A stretch of DNA of 64,000 nucleotides from Candidatus Gottesmanbacteria bacterium UBA6580 (GTDB taxonomy: Bacteria; Patescibacteriota; Microgenomatia; UBA10105; UBA927): assembly GCA_002433895.1 (NCBI GenBank), contig DJJA01000006.1, positions 40,630 through 104,629 of the forward strand. The letters are read 5' to 3'. The notes under the pieces are model-generated. The model worked only from the letters and a program-made list of their open reading frames with translations. It did no database searches and was not told where the DNA came from. Shown in pieces: positions 1 to 9,173 of the stretch. Within the stretch, counting starts at the first letter, position 1; each line of letters opens with the position of its first letter. A program made the position numbers and the translations under genes.

Positions 1-1
1 T

Positions 2-3000
2 CCCACCCAAATGTCAGTTGTTTCCTTTAATACAAATGCAACTGTCGAATCAGGCTTTACCAGTGACTTAGCGTCATTATCAAACGCAAGCGGCGTTATC
101 GACGATATTAACGGAAGTAGTGGTTACACCAATTGGGAAGATGCATTACAGGATTTGCATGGATTATTCCCTAATAGAGCAGACAAGCCTGACCTTATCG
201 TCTTTACAACCGACGGCGACCCTACCGAGAGTAGCGCCGGTGGACCAACCGTAAGTCAACCAAACGAACATTTAGCACCGGCAATCACCCAAGCGAATCT
301 TGCCAAAAATGCAGGTATCCGCATCATTACCCTGGGAATAGGATTAAGCGGTGCAGCAAGCCAAACCCGCTTGGAGCAAATCTCGAGCGCAGACGCAGTA
401 TATAACGCCGACAACTTTGACGACCTTGCCGACACCCTCAACGAACTCGTCAGCGATCTCTGCGGCGGCACGATCACGGTCAATAAGTATATCGGATCAG
501 TCAGTGAAGCAAACAGAGCTGAAACAGGCTGGACATTTAATGTCGCCGGTACCACAAGAGCGACTGATGCGAATGGACAAACTCAGCCGGTCGAAGTAAC
601 ACCTGGAACCTATTCAGTAACAGAAACCGGACTGGTAGATGGCTACACATTTGCTTCAGCAAGTTGCCAAACACAATCAGGAAGCCCGGTGGGTACCGCG
701 GCGGCAAACGGTGTCTCCGGAATTACGGTAGGTGCGTCAGATATTATTTCCTGTAATTTCGTGAACAACGAACCAGTCGCAACGATCGATATTTGTCATG
801 CCACCGGAAGTCATAACAATCCGTACATTGTAAACAGCCCGTCACGATCCGGAGACGTCAGCGGTCACGATGGACATAACGGGCCGATCTGGTTTCCGGG
901 CATATCGGTTGAGTGGGGCGATATAATTCCTCCATTTGATTACATCGGTGGCTCATATCCTGGTCAAAACTGGGATGCATACGGACAGCTGTTCTACCAA
1001 AATGGCTGCAATAAGCCTGCGACTGACATTTCTGTCACGAAATCAGATTCTCCGGATCCGGTAAATAACGGCGGCGTCCTGACGTATACCTTGTCTATCC
1101 AAAACAACACGGTTGTCCCTGCAGAAGATGTCGTGGTCAACGATACCCTTCCCGCAGGATTTGCGGTGACGAGTGTGACCCCAAGTGTCGGTAGCTGTTC
1201 GGATCAGACAGCGCCATCTATACAGTGTGAATTAGGTAATCTCGCTGCCAACGGATCGGCAACCATTACGATCGTCGGCACTATCACCACAGCACTGACG
1301 ACCATCACCAATTCCGTGAGTGTCACAACCGACAGTCCGGAAACGGTTACCAATAACAACACCGACACCGAAGATACCACCGTACTTCACTTTGGCTCAG
1401 TCAAAGTAAACAAGCTGCTGGATAGTGACGGTAATGGCTCGTTTGAAACCACGAACCCCGCCGCGTTTACATGGAGTTTGGATGGATCTGGAACCAATGC
1501 AATGGGAAGCACGGTAAACAACGTTACGCTTGGCGCTCACACAGTTAACGAAAATACTGTTGCCAACTATCACGTAGTCGGCTGGTTCCCGGGTGGGGTA
1601 AACAGCACACAGTATTCATGTACCAATTTGCCGCAGGGCAACACCACGCTTCCGGCAGCAATTACGGTTGCAGCGGATCAGACAACCGAAATCACTATCT
1701 GTAACGCGCTTGATACCGGCTCTATCACGGTGCGCAAGATGGTCGACCGCGATGGCAATGGTACTTACGACGAGACCAATCCGGCTGACTTCACCTGGAC
1801 ACTCGATGGTGCCGGTCCCTATGCCATGGGCTATTCCCACACAACAGTTCCGGTAGGCTCACACAATATCAATGAAAACAGTCCGTCAGATTACCATTTC
1901 GTTGGCTGGTTCCCGACAGGTCAACAGGGGTGGAGCTGCACAAACTTACCGACTGACACACAAAATACCAACTTCCACCAGTTACCAATTCCGGTGAATG
2001 TCGGTTCAGGCGGCACATCCGACTATACGATTTGTAACGCACGGGACACTGGCACAGTCACCATAACAAAAGAAGTAATTGGTGGCACAGCGCTTCCCTC
2101 TGACTGGGACTTTTCCATCAGTAGCGTTGCGGGAACATTTAAGAGTGGCAACAGTGTTACCCTTCCTACTGGCAGCTATACTGTTACGGAGTCCGGACCC
2201 GCTGATTATTCCGCAACCGGGGTAACGGGTATCTGTTCGGGACTGCAGGGTGGAACCGCGACCATGACCGTCACGGAAAACGGTGGCACCTGTACATTCA
2301 CCAATACCCGCGACACCGGATCCCTCAAGGTAAACAAACGGACTGACGGCAACGGAGATGGTGACTACAACGACAGCGGAGAAGGAGTAAATGGCTCGGA
2401 CTCCAACGGATTTACCTGGAGTATCGATGGCTCGGGCACCAATGCAATTGGCTCTACCGTAGCAGGCGTGACAACGGGTAACCACGACATTGGGGAAAAT
2501 ACGGTCGCGGGCTATCATTTCGTTGGCTGGTTCACGACTTCCAGCACACGGTACAGCTGTACTAACCCCGAAGGGACGACATTGCCGGTATCAGTTGCGG
2601 TTGCCAAAAATACAACGGCAGAAATCACGCTATGTAACGCACGGGACACCGGATCAATCACGATCATCAAAAACGCTATACCAAACAGTGACCAAAACTT
2701 CAGCTTTGACGTCAGCAGCGGGTTCCCCGGCGGGGATTTTGAACTCGAAGATGACGGCAATGACAACAATGGCGGCACGGAAGAAAGCAAAACCGTGACG
2801 GTCACGACCGGGCAGTACTGGGTTGAAGAAGATGGAGAAACAGGTTGGCATCTTACCTCACTAGTGTGTAACGATCAAAACGGCACCGTAAATATTGCAT
2901 CCGGCAGAGCCACGCTTAATGTAGAAACAGGCGAAGCAATTACGTGTACCTTCACGAACGAAAAACTTGGCACGCTTATTATCAAAAAAGACGCAACGCC

Positions 3001-5083
3001 AAATTCGGACGAAAATTTCCGGTTCACGAGATCATTTGGCGGCAGCTTCGAACTCGAAGATGACGGCAATGACAACAATGGCGGCACCGATGAGACCCGG
3101 ACATTTGAAAATCTCACGCCTGGCACGTACACCGTCACTGAGGATGCGGAACCCGGCTGGACACTTTCTGACATTGTTTGTTCCGACCAAACCGTACCAA
3201 ACGTACAGGGAAGATCAGTCACGGTAGATGTTGGTTATAACGAAACCGTCACGTGTACATTTAAAAATACCGAGCTTGGAAAAATCCGGGGCTACAAATT
3301 CAATGACACCAATGGTAATGGCAACCGTGACACCGGTGAAGCATACCTCAACGGCTGGACCATATTTATCGACGCAAATGACAACGGGGTATATGATGAC
3401 GGCGAACTGACCCAAACAACCTCTGGCCAATTCTGGTTCTTTGGTTGGAACGACGAAGGTGAGTACGAATTTGAAAACCTGTTACCGGGTACCTACAGTG
3501 TCTGTGAAGTGCCACAGACCAACTGGACGAACTCAACGCCCCTTTGCCAATCAACGACACTGACGGCAGGGGACACCGACAGCGTGTACTTCGGTAACCA
3601 TGAGCCATTAACCCTCCGCGCGTACAAAATCGTCTGCGAAAACGAATCTGACCTTCCCAACTGGGGAGACGATGACGCGCCGAATATTACCGCCACCACC
3701 GCTCAAAATTTTGTCGACAACAGCGAAGGAGCTTGCCGGTTTGAAGAAGGCTGGGATTTCCAATGGGGCTATGACGGCGAGGTTGTAAAGTATGGCAATG
3801 GCGATCAGTTGGGAGCAGCACCTTCACCATGGCAGACATTGGGAACAACCAATGCATCAGGGTACACCGAAGCCGCTATTACCAGCATTGATGAAGACGA
3901 TGATCTGTGGGTACGCGAAGTATTACGCGCAAATTATGTGCCGTTTAGTTATCCGCCGGCAGCACCTACGGAGAACGACTATTCTGCAGAAATTTACTGC
4001 CACCGGGACGGACAAAATTACGATAACTTTGACCGCGTGGATAACGTGCGGTTCGGGGAAACCTATTACTGCGTCGCGTTTAACGCACTCAACTCCGGCG
4101 ACATTATCGTCACCAAATACAATGATGACAACGGAAACGGCACGCAAGACGATGGCGAAGAAACACTTCCTGGTTGGGATATGAACGTCCAGTCGGTCGG
4201 AGATGATATCTACAACGCCACGCAAACTACTGGGCAAGATGGCACCACCACGTTTGAAGATGTGACGGTTGGTACCTATGTATTAACCGAAACACTCAAA
4301 GAAGGGTGGAGACAAACCGAATTAAGTTGTAGTGATGAAATAAAACAGGAAGAGCGATTTGTGGACGATACCGCAGACGACGTGGAAGAGGATGATAATG
4401 GGCGCTTTACCCTAAACGGTGGGCAGACAGTGCGCTGTAAGGTAGGAAACCAGTTTGTCAATCCTGACCTTACTATCACGAAATCCAACGACACTGCAGG
4501 TGGCGACCGGTCACCGGGTGGTAATGTCACCTTCACACTTACCGTGACGGCAACAGATAGCGCGGTGTTGGACGTCGTCGTAAAAGACTTACCTGCAGGT
4601 GGATTTACTTACCGGCCCGGTTCATGGACGGCGGTATCTAACGTCCGCGGCGATCTCAAAGCACTACTCGTCACGACCGAGCCAACCTATGCCTCACCAG
4701 GCACATGGAACCTGGGTGACATGCAGGAAGGCGAAATAGTCACGCTTACCTATATTGCGGATATCAGTAACGATGAACAGCCAGGGTTGTACCGCGATCT
4801 CGCGTGGGCACAAGGAAAAGATTTGCTAGCCAACAAAGTCGTTGCCAACGACACCGATAGCCCGCAATATTTCGTGGGTACCGAAGTGAATGTCGTCAAA
4901 AACGATCAGTCAGGTGCCTCCGTGAATGTAAAACAGGAAGTATTGGGGGCGGTCTTGGGCGCAAGCACCGAGTTACCTGCTACCGGAGCCAACAGTATCT
5001 GGTTTATCATTGCTGCCATCTTTATGTCTTTGGGTTCAGTTACAGCACTTGCCGGCTGGGTATTACGGAGGAAATATGCTTAA
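2..5083 (+). CDS. Giant cell-wall-anchored surface adhesin, 5'-partial (frame open to the window edge; no signal peptide at the first Met). It has a vWA-like N-terminal region, three tandem ~110-aa Cna-B/prealbumin-like repeats and a duplicated ~103-aa domain. It also has a DUF11-like domain and a C-terminal LPATG sorting signal followed by a TM segment and an RRKY tail.
   Basis: The 1690-aa ORF is open from position 2. vWA hallmarks are 'DLIVFTTDGDPTES' and 'IRIITLGIGL'. Repeated 'DTGS(I/L)(T/K)V.K..D.DGNG' units and a DUF11-like 'TYTLSIQNNTVVPAEDVVVNDTLPAGFAVTSV' segment are present. The C-terminus reads 'LPATGANSIWFIIAAIFMSLGSVTALAGWVLRRKYA'. Confidence 0.8.
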   Translation, partial: PTQMSVVSFNTNATVESGFTSDLASLSNASGVIDDINGSSGYTNWEDALQDLHGLFPNRADKPDLIVFTTDGDPTESSAGGPTVSQPNEHLAPAITQANLAKNAGIRIITLGIGLSGAASQTRLEQISSADAVYNADNFDDLADTLNELVSDLCGGTITVNKYIGSVSEANRAETGWTFNVAGTTRATDANGQTQPVEVTPGTYSVTETGLVDGYTFASASCQTQSGSPVGTAAANGVSGITVGASDIISCNFVNNEPVATIDICHATGSHNNPYIVNSPSRSGDVSGHDGHNGPIWFPGISVEWGDIIPPFDYIGGSYPGQNWDAYGQLFYQNGCNKPATDISVTKSDSPDPVNNGGVLTYTLSIQNNTVVPAEDVVVNDTLPAGFAVTSVTPSVGSCSDQTAPSIQCELGNLAANGSATITIVGTITTALTTITNSVSVTTDSPETVTNNNTDTEDTTVLHFGSVKVNKLLDSDGNGSFETTNPAAFTWSLDGSGTNAMGSTVNNVTLGAHTVNENTVANYHVVGWFPGGVNSTQYSCTNLPQGNTTLPAAITVAADQTTEITICNALDTGSITVRKMVDRDGNGTYDETNPADFTWTLDGAGPYAMGYSHTTVPVGSHNINENSPSDYHFVGWFPTGQQGWSCTNLPTDTQNTNFHQLPIPVNVGSGGTSDYTICNARDTGTVTITKEVIGGTALPSDWDFSISSVAGTFKSGNSVTLPTGSYTVTESGPADYSATGVTGICSGLQGGTATMTVTENGGTCTFTNTRDTGSLKVNKRTDGNGDGDYNDSGEGVNGSDSNGFTWSIDGSGTNAIGSTVAGVTTGNHDIGENTVAGYHFVGWFTTSSTRYSCTNPEGTTLPVSVAVAKNTTAEITLCNARDTGSITIIKNAIPNSDQNFSFDVSSGFPGGDFELEDDGNDNNGGTEESKTVTVTTGQYWVEEDGETGWHLTSLVCNDQNGTVNIASGRATLNVETGEAITCTFTNEKLGTLIIKKDATPNSDENFRFTRSFGGSFELEDDGNDNNGGTDETRTFENLTPGTYTVTEDAEPGWTLSDIVCSDQTVPNVQGRSVTVDVGYNETVTCTFKNTELGKIRGYKFNDTNGNGNRDTGEAYLNGWTIFIDANDNGVYDDGELTQTTSGQFWFFGWNDEGEYEFENLLPGTYSVCEVPQTNWTNSTPLCQSTTLTAGDTDSVYFGNHEPLTLRAYKIVCENESDLPNWGDDDAPNITATTAQNFVDNSEGACRFEEGWDFQWGYDGEVVKYGNGDQLGAAPSPWQTLGTTNASGYTEAAITSIDEDDDLWVREVLRANYVPFSYPPAAPTENDYSAEIYCHRDGQNYDNFDRVDNVRFGETYYCVAFNALNSGDIIVTKYNDDNGNGTQDDGEETLPGWDMNVQSVGDDIYNATQTTGQDGTTTFEDVTVGTYVLTETLKEGWRQTELSCSDEIKQEERFVDDTADDVEEDDNGRFTLNGGQTVRCKVGNQFVNPDLTITKSNDTAGGDRSPGGNVTFTLTVTATDSAVLDVVVKDLPAGGFTYRPGSWTAVSNVRGDLKALLVTTEPTYASPGTWNLGDMQEGEIVTLTYIADISNDEQPGLYRDLAWAQGKDLLANKVVANDTDSPQYFVGTEVNVVKNDQSGASVNVKQEVLGAVLGASTELPATGANSIWFIIAAIFMSLGSVTALAGWVLRRKYA
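2741..3087. repeat. Intragenic tandem duplication inside the adhesin gene. An identical 38-bp segment (gaactcgaagatgacggcaatgacaacaatggcggcac) occurs at 2741-2778 and 3050-3087, embedded in a duplicated ~103-aa domain-coding unit.
   Basis: Direct reading of the DNA, and the protein repeat 'FELEDDGNDNNGGT(E/D)E' occurring twice. Confidence 0.85.
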
Positions 5084-6077
5084 TACATTAACGAAAATGA
5101 CGAAAATGACGATACTTGCATTCGCCGTTTCTTTTGCGGCACTTGCTTTCAATTCGACCGTGTTTGCGGCAGCTGGTGATGTAAGCGTGAAAGTTGAAAA
5201 ACCCAAAAGCCCAACCCGGATAAACAACTTTAACCTAAACTTCGTCGCGCTTGATATTGAAGGACGGGGAATTACCGCCAAATGCTTTAAGAAATCACCG
5301 AGCGAAGGATCATTCACACAATTCGGATCCGACATCGCGCTTTCCGCGGGCGGCAATACCGCAAATTGTGCAGTCACATCAAGCATATTGGGAGACAACG
5401 GTACGTACCAATTTTACGTGACAGCCACAGCTGGCGAAGATACTGCAACCAGCGAAACTGTCAGTGTTATCTACGACACCAACGGACCGGGAGACCCACG
5501 GGACTACAGCAAAACCAGGACGAACAGTTGTGAATATACTATTCACTTCAAAACCGCCGATGACGCGGGGATGACCGTAAAAGTAGAAGTGTACCGCTCA
5601 GAAAACACGAGCTTCTCGGCAGATGACGGATCACGCGTACTCACCGTCAACGCCGGATCAAATGAAACCCATGACGCCACCAATACCGTGCCCGACTGTA
5701 GTAAGAATTACTACTATGCGATCCGCTCATTTGACGCAGCCGGAAACGGATCAGGTATCGTCGGGGATAGTGAAGTGACCATCACCAACGCGACCACCAC
5801 GACGACCACGACTACCCAACAAACAGCAGGGGCTATACCGGTAAACCAGGGCGGCAGCGTGCTCGGTGATGAAGCTACCATCGGAGCGATGGGTGCGACC
5901 GGCACAAGCGGGGAAACACTGGGTGAAACCAGCCCCAGCGCTGAAGTCGCCGATATGGGGAAGAAAGATGACGCGAAAAATTCCATGGCTCGAAACCTGA
6001 TGCTCGGCGGTGGTATACTGCTATTGGGAGCAATCCTGTATGCCATCTGGAAAAAGCAACAAACCCAAACGCCGTAA
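5076..6077 (+). CDS. Secreted or membrane-anchored surface protein. It has a signal peptide, a Thr-rich linker (TTTTTTTT) and a C-terminal TM segment with a basic tail, but no LPXTG motif.
   Basis: GGAGG lies 6 nt upstream of the ATG at 5076. The N-terminus is 'MLNTLTKMTKMTILAFAVSFAALAFNSTVFAAAGD' and the C-terminus is '...LMLGGGILLLGAILYAIWKKQQTQTP'. The gene sits between the LPXTG protein and the sortase. Confidence 0.65.
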   Translation: MLNTLTKMTKMTILAFAVSFAALAFNSTVFAAAGDVSVKVEKPKSPTRINNFNLNFVALDIEGRGITAKCFKKSPSEGSFTQFGSDIALSAGGNTANCAVTSSILGDNGTYQFYVTATAGEDTATSETVSVIYDTNGPGDPRDYSKTRTNSCEYTIHFKTADDAGMTVKVEVYRSENTSFSADDGSRVLTVNAGSNETHDATNTVPDCSKNYYYAIRSFDAAGNGSGIVGDSEVTITNATTTTTTTTQQTAGAIPVNQGGSVLGDEATIGAMGATGTSGETLGETSPSAEVADMGKKDDAKNSMARNLMLGGGILLLGAILYAIWKKQQTQTP

Positions 6078-6708
6078 GCCGCGCACCGGAAAGCGCGTAT
6101 CGGAAAAATCTTCTGTTTTGCGTCTCGCAAATACCCTAATGCTTGTCGGACTGTGGGGTATTGCTATCGCCCTGCTTATCACCGGTGTGACCTTGTGGCC
6201 GGCAATCCAGCTGGAACTTGGCTACACCGCGAAAAAAATCACCGCTCCCAAATCACTCGACATTCCCCAAGAGCCCATCGACAAAGAATTTGGCATTACC
6301 GTACCCAAAATAAATGCCAATGCGAAAATTATTCCAAACGTTGACCCGTTTAACAGTGTGGAATATCAAAAAGCCCTCACAAAAGGCGTGGCACATGCCA
6401 AAGGAAGCGCGTTTCCGGGAGAGGGCAGAAACACATTTCTCTTTTCCCACTCATCGGTTAATTTTTTTGAGGCACTCCGCTACAACTCTGTGTTTTATCT
6501 GCTTTCCAAAATGGAGCGTGGCGACCCTATTAACATATATTACCGGAACATCAAGTATACCTATACAGTAACGGATGTCCGCACGGTGCCATCGTCGGCG
6601 GTAGAGTATCTGTTCACTGTACCACAAACAGAAACGCTCACGCTTATGACCTGCTGGCCACCCGGCACCACATACAAACGGCTTATCGTCATCGCGGAGC
6701 GGATATAA
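6040..6708 (+). CDS. Sortase-family transpeptidase. It has a basic N-terminus, one TM segment and a catalytic 'TLMTCWPPG' Cys motif.
   Basis: The 'LTLMTCWP' TLxTC active-site motif is present, with an upstream His in 'NTFLFSHSS'. The N-terminal basic patch and TM 'MLVGLWGIAIALLITGVTLW' fit a sortase. The start is uncertain: 6040 overlaps the upstream gene by 38 nt, and 6139 is an alternative. Confidence 0.7.
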   Translation: MPSGKSNKPKRRKPRTGKRVSEKSSVLRLANTLMLVGLWGIAIALLITGVTLWPAIQLELGYTAKKITAPKSLDIPQEPIDKEFGITVPKINANAKIIPNVDPFNSVEYQKALTKGVAHAKGSAFPGEGRNTFLFSHSSVNFFEALRYNSVFYLLSKMERGDPINIYYRNIKYTYTVTDVRTVPSSAVEYLFTVPQTETLTLMTCWPPGTTYKRLIVIAERI

Positions 6709-7218
6709 ATGGGCATCCTCTTCCTTATCATCCAACTCATCATGGCAGGATTTTTCCTGTTTCTCTGCCTTGCGTTTGTCACCGGAGGCCCGTTTGTCCC
6801 TTCCTCAAAAACATCGGTGATGGCGATGGTAAAACTCGCGAACCTCCGCTCCGGTCAAACCGTGTTTGATGTAGGAAGCGGTGACGGACGGGTGCTCATG
6901 GCGGCTGCCCGGCAGGGGGCAAAAGCCGTAGGAATTGAGATTAACCCGTATCTTGTATGGTATACGCGGTTCCGCGCCTTGTGGAGGCCGTACAAGGGCA
7001 AGGTTACGGTACTTTGGCAGAACCTCTGGACTACCGACTTGTCACGTGCCGATGTCGTATTTGTGTACCTCATCCCATGGAAAATGGCAGACCTCGCCGC
7101 GAAACTCAAAAAGGAACTCAAACCCGGTGCATTGGTTATATCCAACAGCTTCATCTTTCCCGGCTGGAAAGTGGTCAGAAAAGATACGGACCACCATGTC
7201 TATGCCTTTGTCATATAA
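6709..7218 (+). CDS. Small class I SAM-dependent methyltransferase with an N-terminal TM segment
   Basis: Motif I 'VFDVGSGDGRVLMAAARQGAKAVGIEINP'. The ATG immediately follows the sortase stop codon. Confidence 0.7.
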   Translation: MGILFLIIQLIMAGFFLFLCLAFVTGGPFVPSSKTSVMAMVKLANLRSGQTVFDVGSGDGRVLMAAARQGAKAVGIEINPYLVWYTRFRALWRPYKGKVTVLWQNLWTTDLSRADVVFVYLIPWKMADLAAKLKKELKPGALVISNSFIFPGWKVVRKDTDHHVYAFVI

Positions 7219-7266
7219 CGCCTTTTCCTTCTCATCTTTCATTACGCCTATGAGCAGCGTATACTC

Positions 7267-8193
7267 ATGGCTATGACCCGTGATATTGTCAGCGTCACAA
7301 AGCTCACCAAGCGGTTCGGAAATTTCCCGGCGGTGAACGGTATTTCGTTTTCCGTTACGGAAGGTGAAATCGTGGGATTGTTGGGTCCAAACGGCGCGGG
7401 CAAAACCACGACGCTCGCAATGATGCTTGGCGTCATTGCGCCCTCATCGGGAGATATCAACGTCTTTGGCAAAAATTTTGCAACCCACCGGGAAGAAATC
7501 CTCAAAGACATGAATTATTCATCGGCCTACGTTAAGTCACCATGGCGCATGACGGTATGGGAACACGTGTATGTATTTGCCCTCATGTATGAGGTCGCAA
7601 ATCCGCGGCAGAAAACTGAAGAAATGCTTTCAACGTTTCATCTGACAAAACTAAGAAATACCCTGGGTGGCGATCTATCTTCCGGCAATAGCGCGCGGCT
7701 CAACCTCGCCAAAGCATTTGTCAATCAGCCGAAGCTCGTACTTCTCGATGAGCCGACGAGCTCCGTCGACCCGGATATTGCTGACCGTATCCGGCAGTTT
7801 ATAAAACTCTCGCGCGAAAAATACCAGACAACCATACTGCTTACATCCCACAACATGGCGGAAATCGAAGAGCTCTGTGACCGGGTCATATTTATGGATC
7901 ATGGAAAAATCGTCGCGGTAGACACGCCTGAAGGGCTGGCCAAAAAAATAAAAAAGACCCGCGTGCGCCTTATGATGCGCGATGGGCAGAAACGGACGGT
8001 AGAGTACTGCGCTACCCGCCACTTAACGTGTCAAACAAACGAACGCTATGTGATGATTGATATCAACGAACAACAAGTCGCCTCACTCCTCACCGATTTG
8101 TCAAAAATCGGTGCTGACTATACCCAAATTTCTATCGATAAACCGACGCTTGAGGATTTCTTTATCGGAAAGGCCCGCCATGAAACTGCTTAA
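7267..8193 (+). CDS. ABC transporter ATP-binding protein
   Basis: Walker A 'GPNGAGKTT', signature 'LSSGNSARLNLA', Walker B 'LVLLDEPTSSVD'. Confidence 0.9.
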   Translation: MAMTRDIVSVTKLTKRFGNFPAVNGISFSVTEGEIVGLLGPNGAGKTTTLAMMLGVIAPSSGDINVFGKNFATHREEILKDMNYSSAYVKSPWRMTVWEHVYVFALMYEVANPRQKTEEMLSTFHLTKLRNTLGGDLSSGNSARLNLAKAFVNQPKLVLLDEPTSSVDPDIADRIRQFIKLSREKYQTTILLTSHNMAEIEELCDRVIFMDHGKIVAVDTPEGLAKKIKKTRVRLMMRDGQKRTVEYCATRHLTCQTNERYVMIDINEQQVASLLTDLSKIGADYTQISIDKPTLEDFFIGKARHETA

Positions 8194-8977
8194 TTTTAAT
8201 AGAGTATACGCACTGGTGCTGCGGCACCTCCTCACCTGGCCGAGAAGCCTGGAGCGGATTGCCGATTCATTTTGGTGGCCCACGATGAACCTTTTTATCT
8301 GGGGGTTAGTCAACATCTATCTCCAAAAAGAAACGGGGACAACTGTATTTTTTGTACAGTTGTTTTTGGGAGGGCTCCTGATGTGGACACTCGTTGCCCG
8401 GTCACAGGAAGAAATGGGGTTATTGTTTTTACAGGAAGCATGGGACAGAAACCTGCTCAACATGTTTTCTTCGCCGCTCACCATCTGGGAATTCAGCATG
8501 GCGACGATCGTACTCGCCACCGCAAAACTACTGGTCACGTTCGTCTGGCTATTTATTCTCTCCAGCCTGCTCTTTGCCTTTAATATATTTTCATTGGGGT
8601 GGGTGCTCGTGCCGTACGCGCTTATCTTGATGATTTCGGGGTGGAGTCTGGGATTTTTTATCAACGGGCTTATCTTACAGTACGGGTACCGGGTGCAGGT
8701 ATTCGCGTGGACACTCACCATGATTATCCTCCCGTTTTCAAGCGTCTATTATCCCGTGAGCGCGTTACCTGTCTGGATGCAATATGTGGCACACGCGCTG
8801 CCGACCAGCTACGTGTTTGAGGGGATGCGGCAAGTGTTCCTGACGCAGCGTGTTGATGTGGCGGGTCTGGGTATCGCCATTGCGCTCAATATCGTGTATA
8901 CCGCGCTTGGCATGTGGTTTTTTTCCTGGAGCTACCGGCGTGCGCAGCAAAGCGGGATGATCATGAAATTCAGCTGA
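8180..8977 (+). CDS. ABC-2 type exporter permease
   Basis: The ATG at 8180 overlaps the ATPase stop codon. The protein has six predicted TM helices, which is typical of an ABC-2 family permease. Confidence 0.7.
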   Translation: MKLLNFNRVYALVLRHLLTWPRSLERIADSFWWPTMNLFIWGLVNIYLQKETGTTVFFVQLFLGGLLMWTLVARSQEEMGLLFLQEAWDRNLLNMFSSPLTIWEFSMATIVLATAKLLVTFVWLFILSSLLFAFNIFSLGWVLVPYALILMISGWSLGFFINGLILQYGYRVQVFAWTLTMIILPFSSVYYPVSALPVWMQYVAHALPTSYVFEGMRQVFLTQRVDVAGLGIAIALNIVYTALGMWFFSWSYRRAQQSGMIMKFS

Positions 8978-9173
8978 GCATCGCTTGACATTACCCCAAA
9001 ATCGCCTACAATAAACATACTTCTCGTTTGCATGAGACGCAACCAACCTCAAAGAGAAGCGCTGCATCAGCGTAAAGATGTCAAATCAAGATCACCGTAA
9101 CGTCAGATGGAACCGCCCCAAAAAATGGAGCTCTGACGAGAGGGTGATTTTTTGTGTAAAAGGGAGGATGAGT

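Noticed and set aside
2006-2518. Numerous antisense or overlapping ORFs of 60 to 190 aa inside large genes (for example 2006-2518 minus, 19096-19671 minus, 38626-39375 plus, 16337-17008 plus, 20745-21191 minus)
   Set aside because: They are embedded in, and out of frame with, well-supported conserved genes (adhesin, tyrS, pilB, PBP, recG). They have low-complexity translations and are treated as spurious.
5010-5075. Upstream extension of the second surface protein (MLPSLCLWVQ...)
   Set aside because: It lies inside the adhesin coding region. GGAGG precedes the ATG at 5076, which begins a typical signal peptide.
5076-6077. Searched the second surface protein for an LPXTG-like sorting motif before its C-terminal TM segment
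   Set aside because: None present. The closest, 'LGETS', lies 25 aa upstream of the TM segment and is non-canonical. The protein is therefore called TM-anchored or secreted, not sortase-anchored.
6139-6141. Alternative sortase start at 'MLVGLWG'
   Set aside because: It would remove the basic cytoplasmic N-terminus typical of sortases. It is kept as a possible alternative and not excluded.
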